NCBI GenBank assembly: GCA_023137185.1 | Contig: JAGLPS010000002.1 | Span: forward strand, 47,458-111,457 | DNA: 64,000 nt | Source of the DNA: Minisyncoccota bacterium | Lineage (GTDB): Bacteria; Patescibacteriota; Minisyncoccia; Phycocordibacterales; JAGLPS01 | Direction: 5' to 3' | Part shown: positions 54,879 through 63,879 of the stretch, piece by piece | Position numbering within the stretch: position 1 is the stretch's first letter | How the letters are laid out: every line of letters begins with the position of its first letter | Notes under the pieces: generated by a model | The model's input: only the letters and a program-made list of their open reading frames with translations | What the model was told of the DNA's origin: nothing | The model's database searches: none | Translations under genes and position numbers: made by a program

Positions 54879-54994
54879 CCGGGATCGTCCGCGCACTCTT
54901 TCACTTCTTTTGACCAAACGATTTGGTCAAGCGCGAAAAAGCGCAAAAAGGTTTGTAGCCCGTTTTCTTGATAGAAACGGGCTATTTTTTAACA

Positions 54995-55258
54995 AGCGAG
55001 CCTGCCTACCGTAGGCAGGTCGAAGTCAAACTATAGGTCAATACCGCCCCGCCTACGGCGGGGCAAATGAACGAGCAGAGCGAGTACCAGCATTACTCTG
55101 CGGTCTTTGCCGCAGGGTGTATATTTCCTATCGAGGCACTACTATCGAGGTTCAACCTCGATAGTAGTGCCTCGATAGTTAGTTATGTATGCTAAAATTT
55201 TTCTAATAAGGTTTACCCAGCACTACTTTTTTTCAGGAAAAAAGTAGTGCTGGGTTTA
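54995..55258. repeat. Dense cluster of palindromes and mini-elements
   Basis: cctgcctaccgtaggcagg; gccccgcctacggcggggc; 51-bp palindrome at 55128-55178; 39-bp element at 55216-55254 with TTTA flanks. Confidence 0.75.
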
Positions 55259-55290
55259 CAGAGCCTCTCTTTATTCGTACACTTAATTCT

Positions 55291-55575
55291 ATGATTACCC
55301 GTACAGACATCGAGAAACTCGCTTCTCTCGCCCGTATCAGACTTTCTGAAAAAGAAAAAAGCCTCTTTCCAGAAGAAATAAACTCTGTTCTTGGCTATGT
55401 TGAGCAAATTAAAAACGCGGATGCTAGTAACGCGAAGGCTCTCCAAAAGGAGACGGTTTATAATGTGATGCGGGAAGATATAAACCCTGATGAAAGCGGT
55501 GTGCATACGAAAGATATCGTAGACGAATTTCCGAAGAAAGAAGGTAATTACCTAAAGGTAAAAAATATTCTCTGA
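55291..55575 (+). CDS. gatC: Asp/Glu-tRNA amidotransferase subunit C
   Basis: LASLARI, NVMRED and YLKVKNIL motifs. Confidence 0.93.
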   Translation: MITRTDIEKLASLARIRLSEKEKSLFPEEINSVLGYVEQIKNADASNAKALQKETVYNVMREDINPDESGVHTKDIVDEFPKKEGNYLKVKNIL

Positions 55576-55579
55576 CTTA

Positions 55580-55721
55580 TCCCGTTAGAAGCCTGCCTAC
55601 CGCAGGCAGGTCATAACGTTATGAACTTAAAACACGCATTACAATATCACTTTATGAGTCGACTACTTAACAATTTTAATAACAATGACGGAAACCTCTG
55701 GGTTTCTTACTTCTAATGGGA
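55580..55721 (+). mobile_element. Inverted-repeat element abutting the gatA start codon
   Basis: tcccgttagaag...cttctaatggga; same body as the rplB and rpmI copies. Confidence 0.82.
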
Positions 55722-57145
55722 TGGCAATTGATCTGACAGATTTAACAATTGATAAAGCTCACAAGCATTTAAAAAGTAGGGATTTTTCTGCTATGGAACT
55801 TGCTGATGCGTATCTTGAAGTTATAGAAAAAAAGAATCCTGAAATCAATGCGTATCTTGAAATTTATGATGATGTAAAAAAGCAGGCGCAACAAGCGCAA
55901 GAAATATTTGAATCAAAGGAAGAAAATATCGTAACAGGTATCCCTCTTGCGATAAAAGACAACATTCTCATAAAGGGAAAGCAGGCGAGTGCGGCATCAA
56001 AAATTCTTGAAGGATATACTGCCACTTACACGGCAACAGCTGCTCATAAACTCATTGAAAAGGGGGCAGTATTTTTAGGACGCGCTAATATGGACGAATT
56101 TGCTATGGGTAGTTCCACTGAAACTTCCGCTTTTGGTGTAACAAAGAATCCGCGAGATTTGAGTAGGGTTCCGGGTGGCTCGTCTGGAGGTTCTGCTGCG
56201 GCAGTCGCAATGGGAGGCGCGCTCGCGGCGCTTGGTTCTGACACAGGAGGGTCTATAAGGCAGCCTGCAAGTTTCTGCGGGTGTATCGGACTTAAACCAA
56301 CCTATGGCACAGTGTCTCGTTACGGTCTTATGGCTATGGGTTCGTCTTTAGATGTTATTGGTCCGATTACAAAAACAGTTGCCGACGCGGAGATTATTTT
56401 TAAAGCAATTTGTGGAAAAGACAAATATGACAGCACATCGATTTCTGGAAGTATAAATGCTGTTTCTCCTAAAAAAGAATATATTATCGGAATTCCGCGC
56501 GAAATTCTAGAGATAGAGGGAATTGACAAAGATGTTAAAGAGAATTTTGAGGCATCAATAAAAAAATTTGAATCTCTTGGATTTAAAACTAAAGAAATAT
56601 CTCTCTCTAACATTGCGTACGCCCTTGCTTCATATTATATTTTGATGCCGGCTGAAGTATCTTCGAATCTTGCTCGTTTTGATGGAGTGAAATATGGACT
56701 TCACAAAAAAGGAGCGAATCTTTTGGAAGATTATCTCAACACACGAGGCGAAGGATTTGGTGTAGAAGCTCGTCGTCGCATTCTTCTTGGAACCTACGTG
56801 CTTTCAGCGGGATATTACGATGCGTATTATAATAAAGCTAATGATGTCCGCCGATTGATTGCCGATGACTTTGAAAATGTGTTCAAAAACGTTGACATTA
56901 TTATTACTCCCACGACCCCAACTCCCGCGTTTAAAATAGGGGAAAAAGTGAATGACCCTCTTTCTATGTATCTTGCCGATATATTTACGGTAACAGCAAA
57001 TATTGTCGGAATTCCCGCTCTCTCAATTCCGTCTGGCGCCGTTATTCGTGAGGAGAAAGAGCTTCCACTTGGTCTCCAATTGATGGCGCCACATAGAGGG
57101 GAACATTCACTTTTTATGGTAGGGAGTCAGTTTTTAGGAGAGTAA
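55721..57145 (+). CDS. gatA: Asp/Glu-tRNA amidotransferase subunit A
   Basis: NMDEFAMGSS, PGGSSGGS and SDTGGSIRQPA motifs; the ORF-track N-terminal 12 aa come from the repeat. Confidence 0.97.
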   Translation: MAIDLTDLTIDKAHKHLKSRDFSAMELADAYLEVIEKKNPEINAYLEIYDDVKKQAQQAQEIFESKEENIVTGIPLAIKDNILIKGKQASAASKILEGYTATYTATAAHKLIEKGAVFLGRANMDEFAMGSSTETSAFGVTKNPRDLSRVPGGSSGGSAAAVAMGGALAALGSDTGGSIRQPASFCGCIGLKPTYGTVSRYGLMAMGSSLDVIGPITKTVADAEIIFKAICGKDKYDSTSISGSINAVSPKKEYIIGIPREILEIEGIDKDVKENFEASIKKFESLGFKTKEISLSNIAYALASYYILMPAEVSSNLARFDGVKYGLHKKGANLLEDYLNTRGEGFGVEARRRILLGTYVLSAGYYDAYYNKANDVRRLIADDFENVFKNVDIIITPTTPTPAFKIGEKVNDPLSMYLADIFTVTANIVGIPALSIPSGAVIREEKELPLGLQLMAPHRGEHSLFMVGSQFLGE

Positions 57146-57149
57146 AAAT

Positions 57150-57815
57150 ATGGCAGAAGAAAAAAAACCAACAATTGCAAAGGATCCGGTCGTAAGCGCG
57201 ATTGACGTCGGAGCGGGGCTTCTTTTGGTTATTGTTTTGGCTGACGCGCTTCGCAGAATTTTAAAAAGTATTATATCTAAAGTTAACCCTAATTTTCTCA
57301 GTCGCACCTACTGGGTAGAAATGTTTATTGATATGTCTCCTGTCTTAAAAATTGTTTCTGTAACTCTTTCAGTTATCTTTCTTGTTGGAATATTTTATTT
57401 GACAAGAAAGATAAATATGATTAGAGCGGAAGAAATAGCGCTTCTATATCCGAAAGGCAGGGGAGAGTCTGCTGCTACAGACACAGAGTCTCAAAAAGTG
57501 GAAAATAAGAAATGGGAAAAAGTGCTTGCGCGCGTGGAATCTAGCAATCCAAGCGATTGGAAAGTCGCTATTTTGGAAGCAGACATTATGCTTGAAGAAA
57601 TTCTTGAAAAAATGGGTTATCACGGGGATACAATGAGCGATAGACTCAAGCAGGTTGAAAAGAGCGACTTTACGACTATTGATCTGGCGTGGGAAGCGCA
57701 TAAAATAAGAAACGCGATTGCTCATGAGGGGGGAGATTTTCTTTTAAACGAGAGAGAGACACGCAGGGTTATTGACCTATATCGACAAGTATTTGAAGAA
57801 TTTTACTATATCTAG
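57150..57815 (+). CDS. Hypothetical membrane protein
   Basis: Two TM helices; AILEAD and AWEAHKIRNAIAHE motifs. Confidence 0.75.
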   Translation: MAEEKKPTIAKDPVVSAIDVGAGLLLVIVLADALRRILKSIISKVNPNFLSRTYWVEMFIDMSPVLKIVSVTLSVIFLVGIFYLTRKINMIRAEEIALLYPKGRGESAATDTESQKVENKKWEKVLARVESSNPSDWKVAILEADIMLEEILEKMGYHGDTMSDRLKQVEKSDFTTIDLAWEAHKIRNAIAHEGGDFLLNERETRRVIDLYRQVFEEFYYI

Positions 57816-57922
57816 CGCTATTCTCGCGTCTTGTTTGACTCTTATATGAAATTCTGGTATTCTAAATATCAGAAAAGTTAAACCCGTTCCGTATAACGCG
57901 GACAAAGTAAAGGAGGGGAAGT

Positions 57923-58252
57923 GTGAAAAATAGGCCTTATTCCGGACAGTATCCAAAATCAAAGACAATGAAAGGTGATTGCGACGGGCATCTGATAATT
58001 GACCTTTGCGGCCGCAAGGAGAACGTTTTCTCTCGGCAGGCTGCCGAAGAGATTGTTGCGCAAGCGTTTTTTGACGCGAAAATCACAGGCCATGATTTCC
58101 ATCGTTTAATTAAGGAAATTGAAAAAACTCCCTATCTGAAAGGTTCAAGAAGACTCCATCTTTTGGATATTGTGATGGACCTTTCCCGACTAAAACCACA
58201 ACTGCGCAGTGTGCAGAAATTGGTGGTCCAAGAAGAAATGGTAATAGCATAA
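57923..58252 (+). CDS. Hypothetical protein
   Basis: Promoter TTGACT-17-TATTCT, SD aaggagg, terminator near 58273-58300. Confidence 0.6.
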   Translation: MKNRPYSGQYPKSKTMKGDCDGHLIIDLCGRKENVFSRQAAEEIVAQAFFDAKITGHDFHRLIKEIEKTPYLKGSRRLHLLDIVMDLSRLKPQLRSVQKLVVQEEMVIA

Positions 58253-58388
58253 ACTCTCCTCACAAAAATCTTAGCCCCCTATTTTTATAGGGGGCTTTTT
58301 GACTTTGTTGACAAATTTTTTAAAAAAAGATATATAAGTTTAAGAAGCACGTTTGTTAATAATAATATCTTAAAGAAAGGAGGTAATA

Positions 58389-58703
58389 ATGACTGGGTCT
58401 ATTGTTAAATTTGCTCCATACTTTCTTTCCTGCAAGAAAAACAAAAGATTTGGTTTCCTTGTTTTTTCTCCTATTGAAAAGGTCCCAGTTTTTTCAAAGG
58501 AAACAGCTCGTATGTTTATAAACCGCGCTATAAAAGAGGGGATTATCAGAAAGGAAGAAAGTTTGGAACTTCTGCGTCAAATTGAAAATTCAAAAATGGC
58601 AGAAGAAATAAATGTAGAAAGCTGTCTTGCTGTTCTTGGTAGGTTAGAAGAAGTGTGCGAGAAAGATTTCTCAAGCTCTCTCTACATACCCTCTTTAAAT
58701 TAA
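58389..58703 (+). CDS. Hypothetical protein (weak paralog of 57923..58252)
   Basis: TTGACA at 58308, SD aaaggaggt, terminator near 58708-58734. Confidence 0.65.
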   Translation: MTGSIVKFAPYFLSCKKNKRFGFLVFSPIEKVPVFSKETARMFINRAIKEGIIRKEESLELLRQIENSKMAEEINVESCLAVLGRLEEVCEKDFSSSLYIPSLN

Positions 58704-58904
58704 AGCAAAGCCCGACTTTTTTGTCGGGCTTTTTACTATGCGCGAGCGACGTGGCTTGGTTAAAAATGCTATATGATTAACTGTACACAGCCTTGCTTTA
58801 TACGCGCTGATGTATAATAATGTTTCGCATCGCTTATATTTGGTGAGAAAGTGTAGACTTTTCCATAAAACGTTAAAAGTGCTTTATGGAGATAAGATTG
58901 TATT

Positions 58905-58978
58905 GCGGGAGTAGCTCAACTGGTTAGAGCATCCGCCTGTCACGCGGAAGGTTGCGGGTTCGAGTCCCGTCTCTCGCG
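58905..58978 (+). tRNA. tRNA-Asp(GUC)
   Basis: Cloverleaf; anticodon loop CTGTCAC. Confidence 0.95.
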
Positions 58979-59371
58979 CAAACGCTAAAACAGGATACCT
59001 TTTTGGTATCCTGTTTGCGTTATTTGGCGAGAGAAGAAACTAAACTGCTTTAGTTTCGTCGGGACTTGAAAAGCATTTTGATGTTTTGTCAGTAGACAAA
59101 ACCAAAATGCTGGGGTCGCGGAGTGAGCGTGCGACGGCACGCGAGCGAGGTGACCGAGTCCCGTCTCTCGCGCAAAAGTAAAAATGCTTAGATTTTCTAA
59201 TCTAGGCATTTTTACTTTCTAGTGTGATTTGTGGCGGGACTCGAACGACGGAGATGCCATTTCAGAAAGGTTTGGGAAATCTTTCTGAAATGAATCCTGC
59301 GTCGAGTCGGGGTCGGCAGTACTTTTCGCGAAGCGAATTAGTAACTGTGACCGAGTCCCGTCTCTCGCGCA
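58979..59371 (+). repeat. Two tandem tRNA-Asp 3'-end duplication units of about 195 bp
   Basis: cgagtcccgtctctcgcgca at 58961, 59155 and 59352. Confidence 0.85.
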
Positions 59372-59523
59372 TACGATTTTATACTAAAAAATCTCTCAAT
59401 GGGAGGGGTTTTCTATCTCTAACCGAGAGGAAACTTTTATTGACATATTTATACAAATATGTTATTATTAATACTAGAATGCTTTGGTATTTTGAAAAAC
59501 CCTTCAAAAAAAAGGAGTTGAAA

Positions 59524-59919
59524 ATGACTGAATCTAGACAAGCAGATGCAGAAAAAATCAAAAAAGATTTTGAGGAAATAGCAGTTGGTTTGGAAAAGAT
59601 ATTTTTATCTGATTATGAATCCTGTGCAAGAGTTATCACAAAGGTAAGAGAGCTTCTTATAAATGAACCACACTGCTTTGAAAGAAGAATTGAGCAGCAC
59701 CAATCATTTGCTGATTTAAACAAAAAAACGTGGAAAATGATGATTGAGCGTCTCCCCGAAGAGCAGCGTTTAGCGTTTGAATGCGCGCTAGAAGAAGATT
59801 TAAGAGAACTCTTCTACATTCACTATATCGCTGTATATCTAGAAACAGACGAAGGGAAAAAACCACTGGAGACAGATTCAGCAATAGGAAAGGAGGAATT
59901 AAATGGAAAAATACAGTGA
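59524..59919 (+). CDS. Hypothetical protein
   Basis: TTGACA-17-TATTAT promoter at 59440, SD aaaggag, ATG at 59524. Confidence 0.65.
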   Translation: MTESRQADAEKIKKDFEEIAVGLEKIFLSDYESCARVITKVRELLINEPHCFERRIEQHQSFADLNKKTWKMMIERLPEEQRLAFECALEEDLRELFYIHYIAVYLETDEGKKPLETDSAIGKEELNGKIQ

Positions 59920-60256
59920 CCCACTTAAAAGAGTTAAGCCACCCTTTATTATCATGCAAAGAGACATTAATAATGTTTCTGAAGACTGGAAAACGCATAT
60001 CGAGAAAGTAAGGGTTATTGATGCCCAAGCCATCTATCCTGACGATGAAACAGGATTACCTATTTCTGGTGAGGACTATGTGGAGAAATTACTGGAAAAT
60101 GGGGAAGGTTGGCATCTTGAAGGCATATTTCTTGTAAATAAAATAACGAATGGCGTACAGGAACAAGTGGTTCAAATGGTCTTAGTACGTAACGGGCTCC
60201 TAAATAAGAAGGTACAAGAAGCTTTTTGTAAAATAGCGAAGATTGAAGGTAAATAG
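59903..60256 (+). CDS. Hypothetical protein
   Basis: SD aaggagg; overlaps the previous gene; terminator near 60267-60298. Confidence 0.65.
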   Translation: MEKYSDPLKRVKPPFIIMQRDINNVSEDWKTHIEKVRVIDAQAIYPDDETGLPISGEDYVEKLLENGEGWHLEGIFLVNKITNGVQEQVVQMVLVRNGLLNKKVQEAFCKIAKIEGK

Positions 60257-60541
60257 AAAACCGACAAAGCCCAAGCGGAGATATCGCTTGGGCTTTTTAT
60301 ATATATGGAATATAAATTTTCTCTCTTCTTTCAATCCCAATTCTAACGTCGTCCACTAGTCCGCGCAAAATACAAAAAGAGTTGGATTTGTTTCGACTCT
60401 TTTTAGACCTGTGGACACGCCGTGTCCACAGGTACAGATCTAAGTCTAGAATAGATACAATTTTGATCAAAATCCATACATTTCAGTATAATATAACCTT
60501 GAGAGTAAGATATCGCCTACTCATCTCCACCTTATTTCACT

Positions 60542-60616
60542 TGGTGCCGACGGCAGGGATCGAACCTGCGACCGCTTCTTTATGAGTGAAGTGCTCTACC
60601 ACTGAGCTACGTCGGC
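60542..60616 (-). tRNA. tRNA-Met(CAU), probably elongator
   Basis: Cloverleaf, G1:C72 pair, loop CTCATAA, encoded CCA. Confidence 0.85.
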
Positions 60617-60722
60617 ATATGTAACAATTCATTTTTAGATTACTACACTTACAGAGCAAAATCTACCATAAAAAAGAGGCGCGATTGACGCGCCTCTTCC
60701 TAAATGCATTTCCATTTAGGGT

Positions 60723-61241
60723 TCATTTTTTCTTTTCGTAAACCAGAAAGGGTTCACCTTTAAGCATGTTGGGGGAATCGCAAGCGACAAGGTAAACATT
60801 CCCACTATACGTTTCTAACCCTTTTTGCTCGATTATTAACATAAAAGACTCTTCGAACCCTCCATGAAGATAGTCTCCAAGCTCGTTATATATTTTTGGA
60901 AGACTGTATTCATAATCAACCAAGAATAAAAACGAGTCTTTGAAAGGAGAAAATTTCTTAAGGCGGCGCAGGTATTGATTGTTGAAATTTTCATACAGAA
61001 AAGTTACCCATTCTTGTCTTTCCATACATTGAAGCTTTATAAGGCGGCTTTTTAAACCTCTAGAAAAATAAGTTTGAACTTCGTAATGACTTTTCTGTGA
61101 ATTGTCTGCCTCCTTCGCTTTTTGGGAAACTTCTTCCTTTAGACGTTTTGATGGCTGCTTCAGGTATTTGACAATGGACTCAATAAACCCGCGGTGTTCT
61201 TCGCTCACTTCAGAAAATATTTCTATTGTATCTCTACCCAT
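60723..61241 (-). CDS. Hypothetical protein
   Basis: TTGACA upstream, SD-like agaaagggg, terminator hairpin near 60675-60698. Confidence 0.6.
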   Translation of the reverse strand: MGRDTIEIFSEVSEEHRGFIESIVKYLKQPSKRLKEEVSQKAKEADNSQKSHYEVQTYFSRGLKSRLIKLQCMERQEWVTFLYENFNNQYLRRLKKFSPFKDSFLFLVDYEYSLPKIYNELGDYLHGGFEESFMLIIEQKGLETYSGNVYLVACDSPNMLKGEPFLVYEKKK

Positions 61242-61337
61242 TATTAAGACCCCTTTCTCTTTATGATTAGAACGATTTCTCTAAACAAAAGGGTATCGTA
61301 TAAGAGATTTTTGTCAATAATTATCTACTCGTATAGT

Positions 61338-61411
61338 TCAATATTTTTCTGAAAGATAATCTTTAAAAAGCTTTTATCTTTTGTGTTTTCAAGAACGTAG
61401 ACGTAATACAT
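61338..61411 (-). pseudogene. Internally deleted GIY-YIG remnant
   Basis: MYYVYVLENTKDKSF joined out of frame to KDYLSEKY*, resembling both ends of the 5740..6009 protein. Confidence 0.55.
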
Positions 61412-61563
61412 ACAATTATTATACATTGCCCCGTAAAATTCACCTTGTTCATCACGGGGCTCACGTTAAAATGAAAAATCTGCCAAAATGGCAGATTTTC
61501 ATCACATGTCAGTCCACTTATATGGCCTGCCACGTGGAGAATTGCAAAGCAATTCTCTTTACG

Positions 61564-61637
61564 TGGTTGCGGGGCCTGGATTTGAACCAGGGACTGAAGG
61601 TTATGAGCCTTCTGAGTTACCGCTACTCTACCCCGCG
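61564..61637 (-). tRNA. Initiator tRNA-fMet(CAU)
   Basis: 5' CGCGGGG, C1:A72 mismatch, loop CTCATAA, encoded CCA. Confidence 0.9.
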
Positions 61638-62047
61638 GCTTACCCGTATTTCACACAGAGGAAATTCAAGGCAATTATGCTCAACACTATATCACGGCAA
61701 AAATGTTGGCACAAGTTTGTTGCACATTACCATAACGTCAGTAATACTCTAGCCTTTTAGAAAAGCAAAAGGCGCGGGGTAATAAGTAAAAACACATTAC
61801 ACCACATTTTGAGGCTTTTATTTGGAAGCCGAGCTTCCAAGTTAGAGCTTCCAAGTTACTTTGTGGACTTTCAGTTTTTGACTCTGGTGGGGTATACTCC
61901 CACACCTGTTTTGACATTGTGTTTTTACTGTCCCATTCTGTGCCGATTAGCTAAATATGTTTGTGCCATTTGTATAGACAGATGATAAAATTAAAAAAAC
62001 ACAATGCGATAATGCCAAAACAGGTGTATGGGGGTATACTTTAATAA

Positions 62048-62461
62048 ATGGTGAAAAAAACTCTCATTCAATTTTTTGCGGCAATAGCCTTGCTCACGCT
62101 CTTTTTCTTTTTTGCGTATTTGTCGCGTACACCCGTAGAAGAGAATATACAGAAACGAACACACCAAGAAGCTTCTGATTTCATAGTTTCTAATACTGAT
62201 GACGAGCGAATCGCGCCAAACGAGGAAATCTATGGGTTTGCTATCGGTAATTTCCATAAGGCGTATTATGCTTCCAACTTTTTAGAGGTAGACCAAATCC
62301 ACGACATTATTGCTGGAGAAAACGTGATTCTCCGTCGAACTGGCAGTGGAGATGTTGTAATGATTCATTCGGAAACAGGGGAGGTATTTATTCCAGTAAA
62401 AACAGTGTGGTCGTCATGGGTTACTCTTTATCCGGATACGTTAATTTACGAGAATGAGTAG
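62048..62461 (+). CDS. Membrane-anchored protein, DUF3179-like short form
   Basis: N-terminal TM; KAY...W..W...YPDT. Confidence 0.5.
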   Translation: MVKKTLIQFFAAIALLTLFFFFAYLSRTPVEENIQKRTHQEASDFIVSNTDDERIAPNEEIYGFAIGNFHKAYYASNFLEVDQIHDIIAGENVILRRTGSGDVVMIHSETGEVFIPVKTVWSSWVTLYPDTLIYENE

Positions 62462-62626
62462 TGAATTTTTCAGAGCGCTTTTGTTTTCGGTTGTTCTCGC
62501 GTTTTTTATCGCGAAGTTGGAATTTCTCATTATTTTGTGTAATTAAAGTTTGAAAAAGATTCTTTGATGTATTATCATTCGGTTTTGATGTCACTGTAGT
62601 TATTTTGATATAAGTTGAAGCAATAA

Positions 62627-62699
62627 GCCGATGTAGCTCAGTTGGTAGAGCAACTCCATGGTAAGGAGTAGGTCACCAGTTCAAATCTGGTCATCGGCT
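62627..62699 (+). tRNA. tRNA-Thr(GGU)
   Basis: Cloverleaf; loop ATGGTAA. Confidence 0.93.
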
Positions 62700-62790
62700 C
62701 TGGTTGTGCCATCCTAATTCAGTTGGTAAAGGTAAAATAATCTGGGAGATTATTTTACGGATCGGGTTTTAGCAGTTTTTTCTGGAATAT

Positions 62791-62863
62791 GCCCACGTAG
62801 CTCAATTGGTAGAGCAACGGTATCGTAAACCGTAGGTTGTCGGTTCAATTCCGACCGTGGGCT
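62791..62863 (+). tRNA. tRNA-Thr(CGU)
   Basis: Cloverleaf; loop ATCGTAA. Confidence 0.93.
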
Positions 62864-62991
62864 CTAGAAAAAACTGCTAAAACGCTAATGTGTAGGTCGT
62901 GGGTTCAAGTTTGGGGAGGGGGCGGCTCTACATAAAACATTTTTAAACAGCTTGGAGGCGAAGCTCCCAAGTAGGTAGCAACTTATGAGTT

Positions 62992-63879
62992 ATGAATGAT
63001 ATGAACAATAATATTTCCGAAAAAATAAAAGAACTAGAGGAGCAAATGTCTCTCCCCGATTTTTGGAATAACAAAACAAAAGCTCAAGAAACTATTAAAG
63101 AGATTCAAAATCTAAAAGATGAAGCTGAGGGAATAGGGAAATATGACAAGGGAGACGCAGTTATGACTCTGTTTGCTGGCGCGGGAGGGGACGATGCCGA
63201 AGATTTTGCGGCAATGCTTTTTTCAATGTACGAAAAATTTGTTGCAAGAAAAAACTGGCGCTATACTGTGCTTCATCAGAATCAAAATGACCACGGAGGA
63301 TTTCGAAATGTTACTGTTGAAATAGAAGGAAAAAATGCCTATGGAATACTCAAAAATGAATCGGGGGTGCATCGCCTTGTCCGCATTTCTCCGTTTAACG
63401 CGAAAAAACTTCGCCACACGTCGTTCGCGCTTGTTGAAGTTATTCCGAAGTTTGAAGAAGTGGACGCAAAAAGTATTGAAATTCCAGAAGATGAGCTCAA
63501 ATTTGAGTTTGCTCGTTCAAGCGGTCCGGGAGGACAGAATGTTAATAAGCGAGAAACAGCAGTGCGCGTGGTGCATATTCCGACCAAACTTTCTGCGCAT
63601 GTTAACTCGCAACGAAGTCAGGCGCAGAACAAGGAAAAGGCGCTTATGATTTTACGCGGGAAAATTTTCAAGGCGCTGGAGGAAGAAAGGATAAAAAAGC
63701 AGGAAGGAATGTATGTAAGCAAAACGACAGAGATTGAGTGGGGGAATCAAATTCGTTCATACGTGCTTCACCCGTACAAAATGGTAAAAGACCATCGGAC
63801 CGAAGTGGAAGTTCGCGACGTCGAAAAAGTCCTTGACGGTGAGTTGGATGAATTTTTAGAGGCTGAAAAAAACCTGTAA
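62992..63879 (+). CDS. prfB: Peptide chain release factor 2 (short N-terminus)
   Basis: GVHRLVRISPF (SPF motif), GPGGQNVNK and WGNQIRSY. Confidence 0.92.
   Translation: MNDMNNNISEKIKELEEQMSLPDFWNNKTKAQETIKEIQNLKDEAEGIGKYDKGDAVMTLFAGAGGDDAEDFAAMLFSMYEKFVARKNWRYTVLHQNQNDHGGFRNVTVEIEGKNAYGILKNESGVHRLVRISPFNAKKLRHTSFALVEVIPKFEEVDAKSIEIPEDELKFEFARSSGPGGQNVNKRETAVRVVHIPTKLSAHVNSQRSQAQNKEKALMILRGKIFKALEEERIKKQEGMYVSKTTEIEWGNQIRSYVLHPYKMVKDHRTEVEVRDVEKVLDGELDEFLEAEKNL

Noticed and set aside
59224-59523. N-terminal 100 aa of ORF 59224..59919
   Set aside because: Reads through the tRNA repeat and the promoter; an SD-led ATG lies at 59524.
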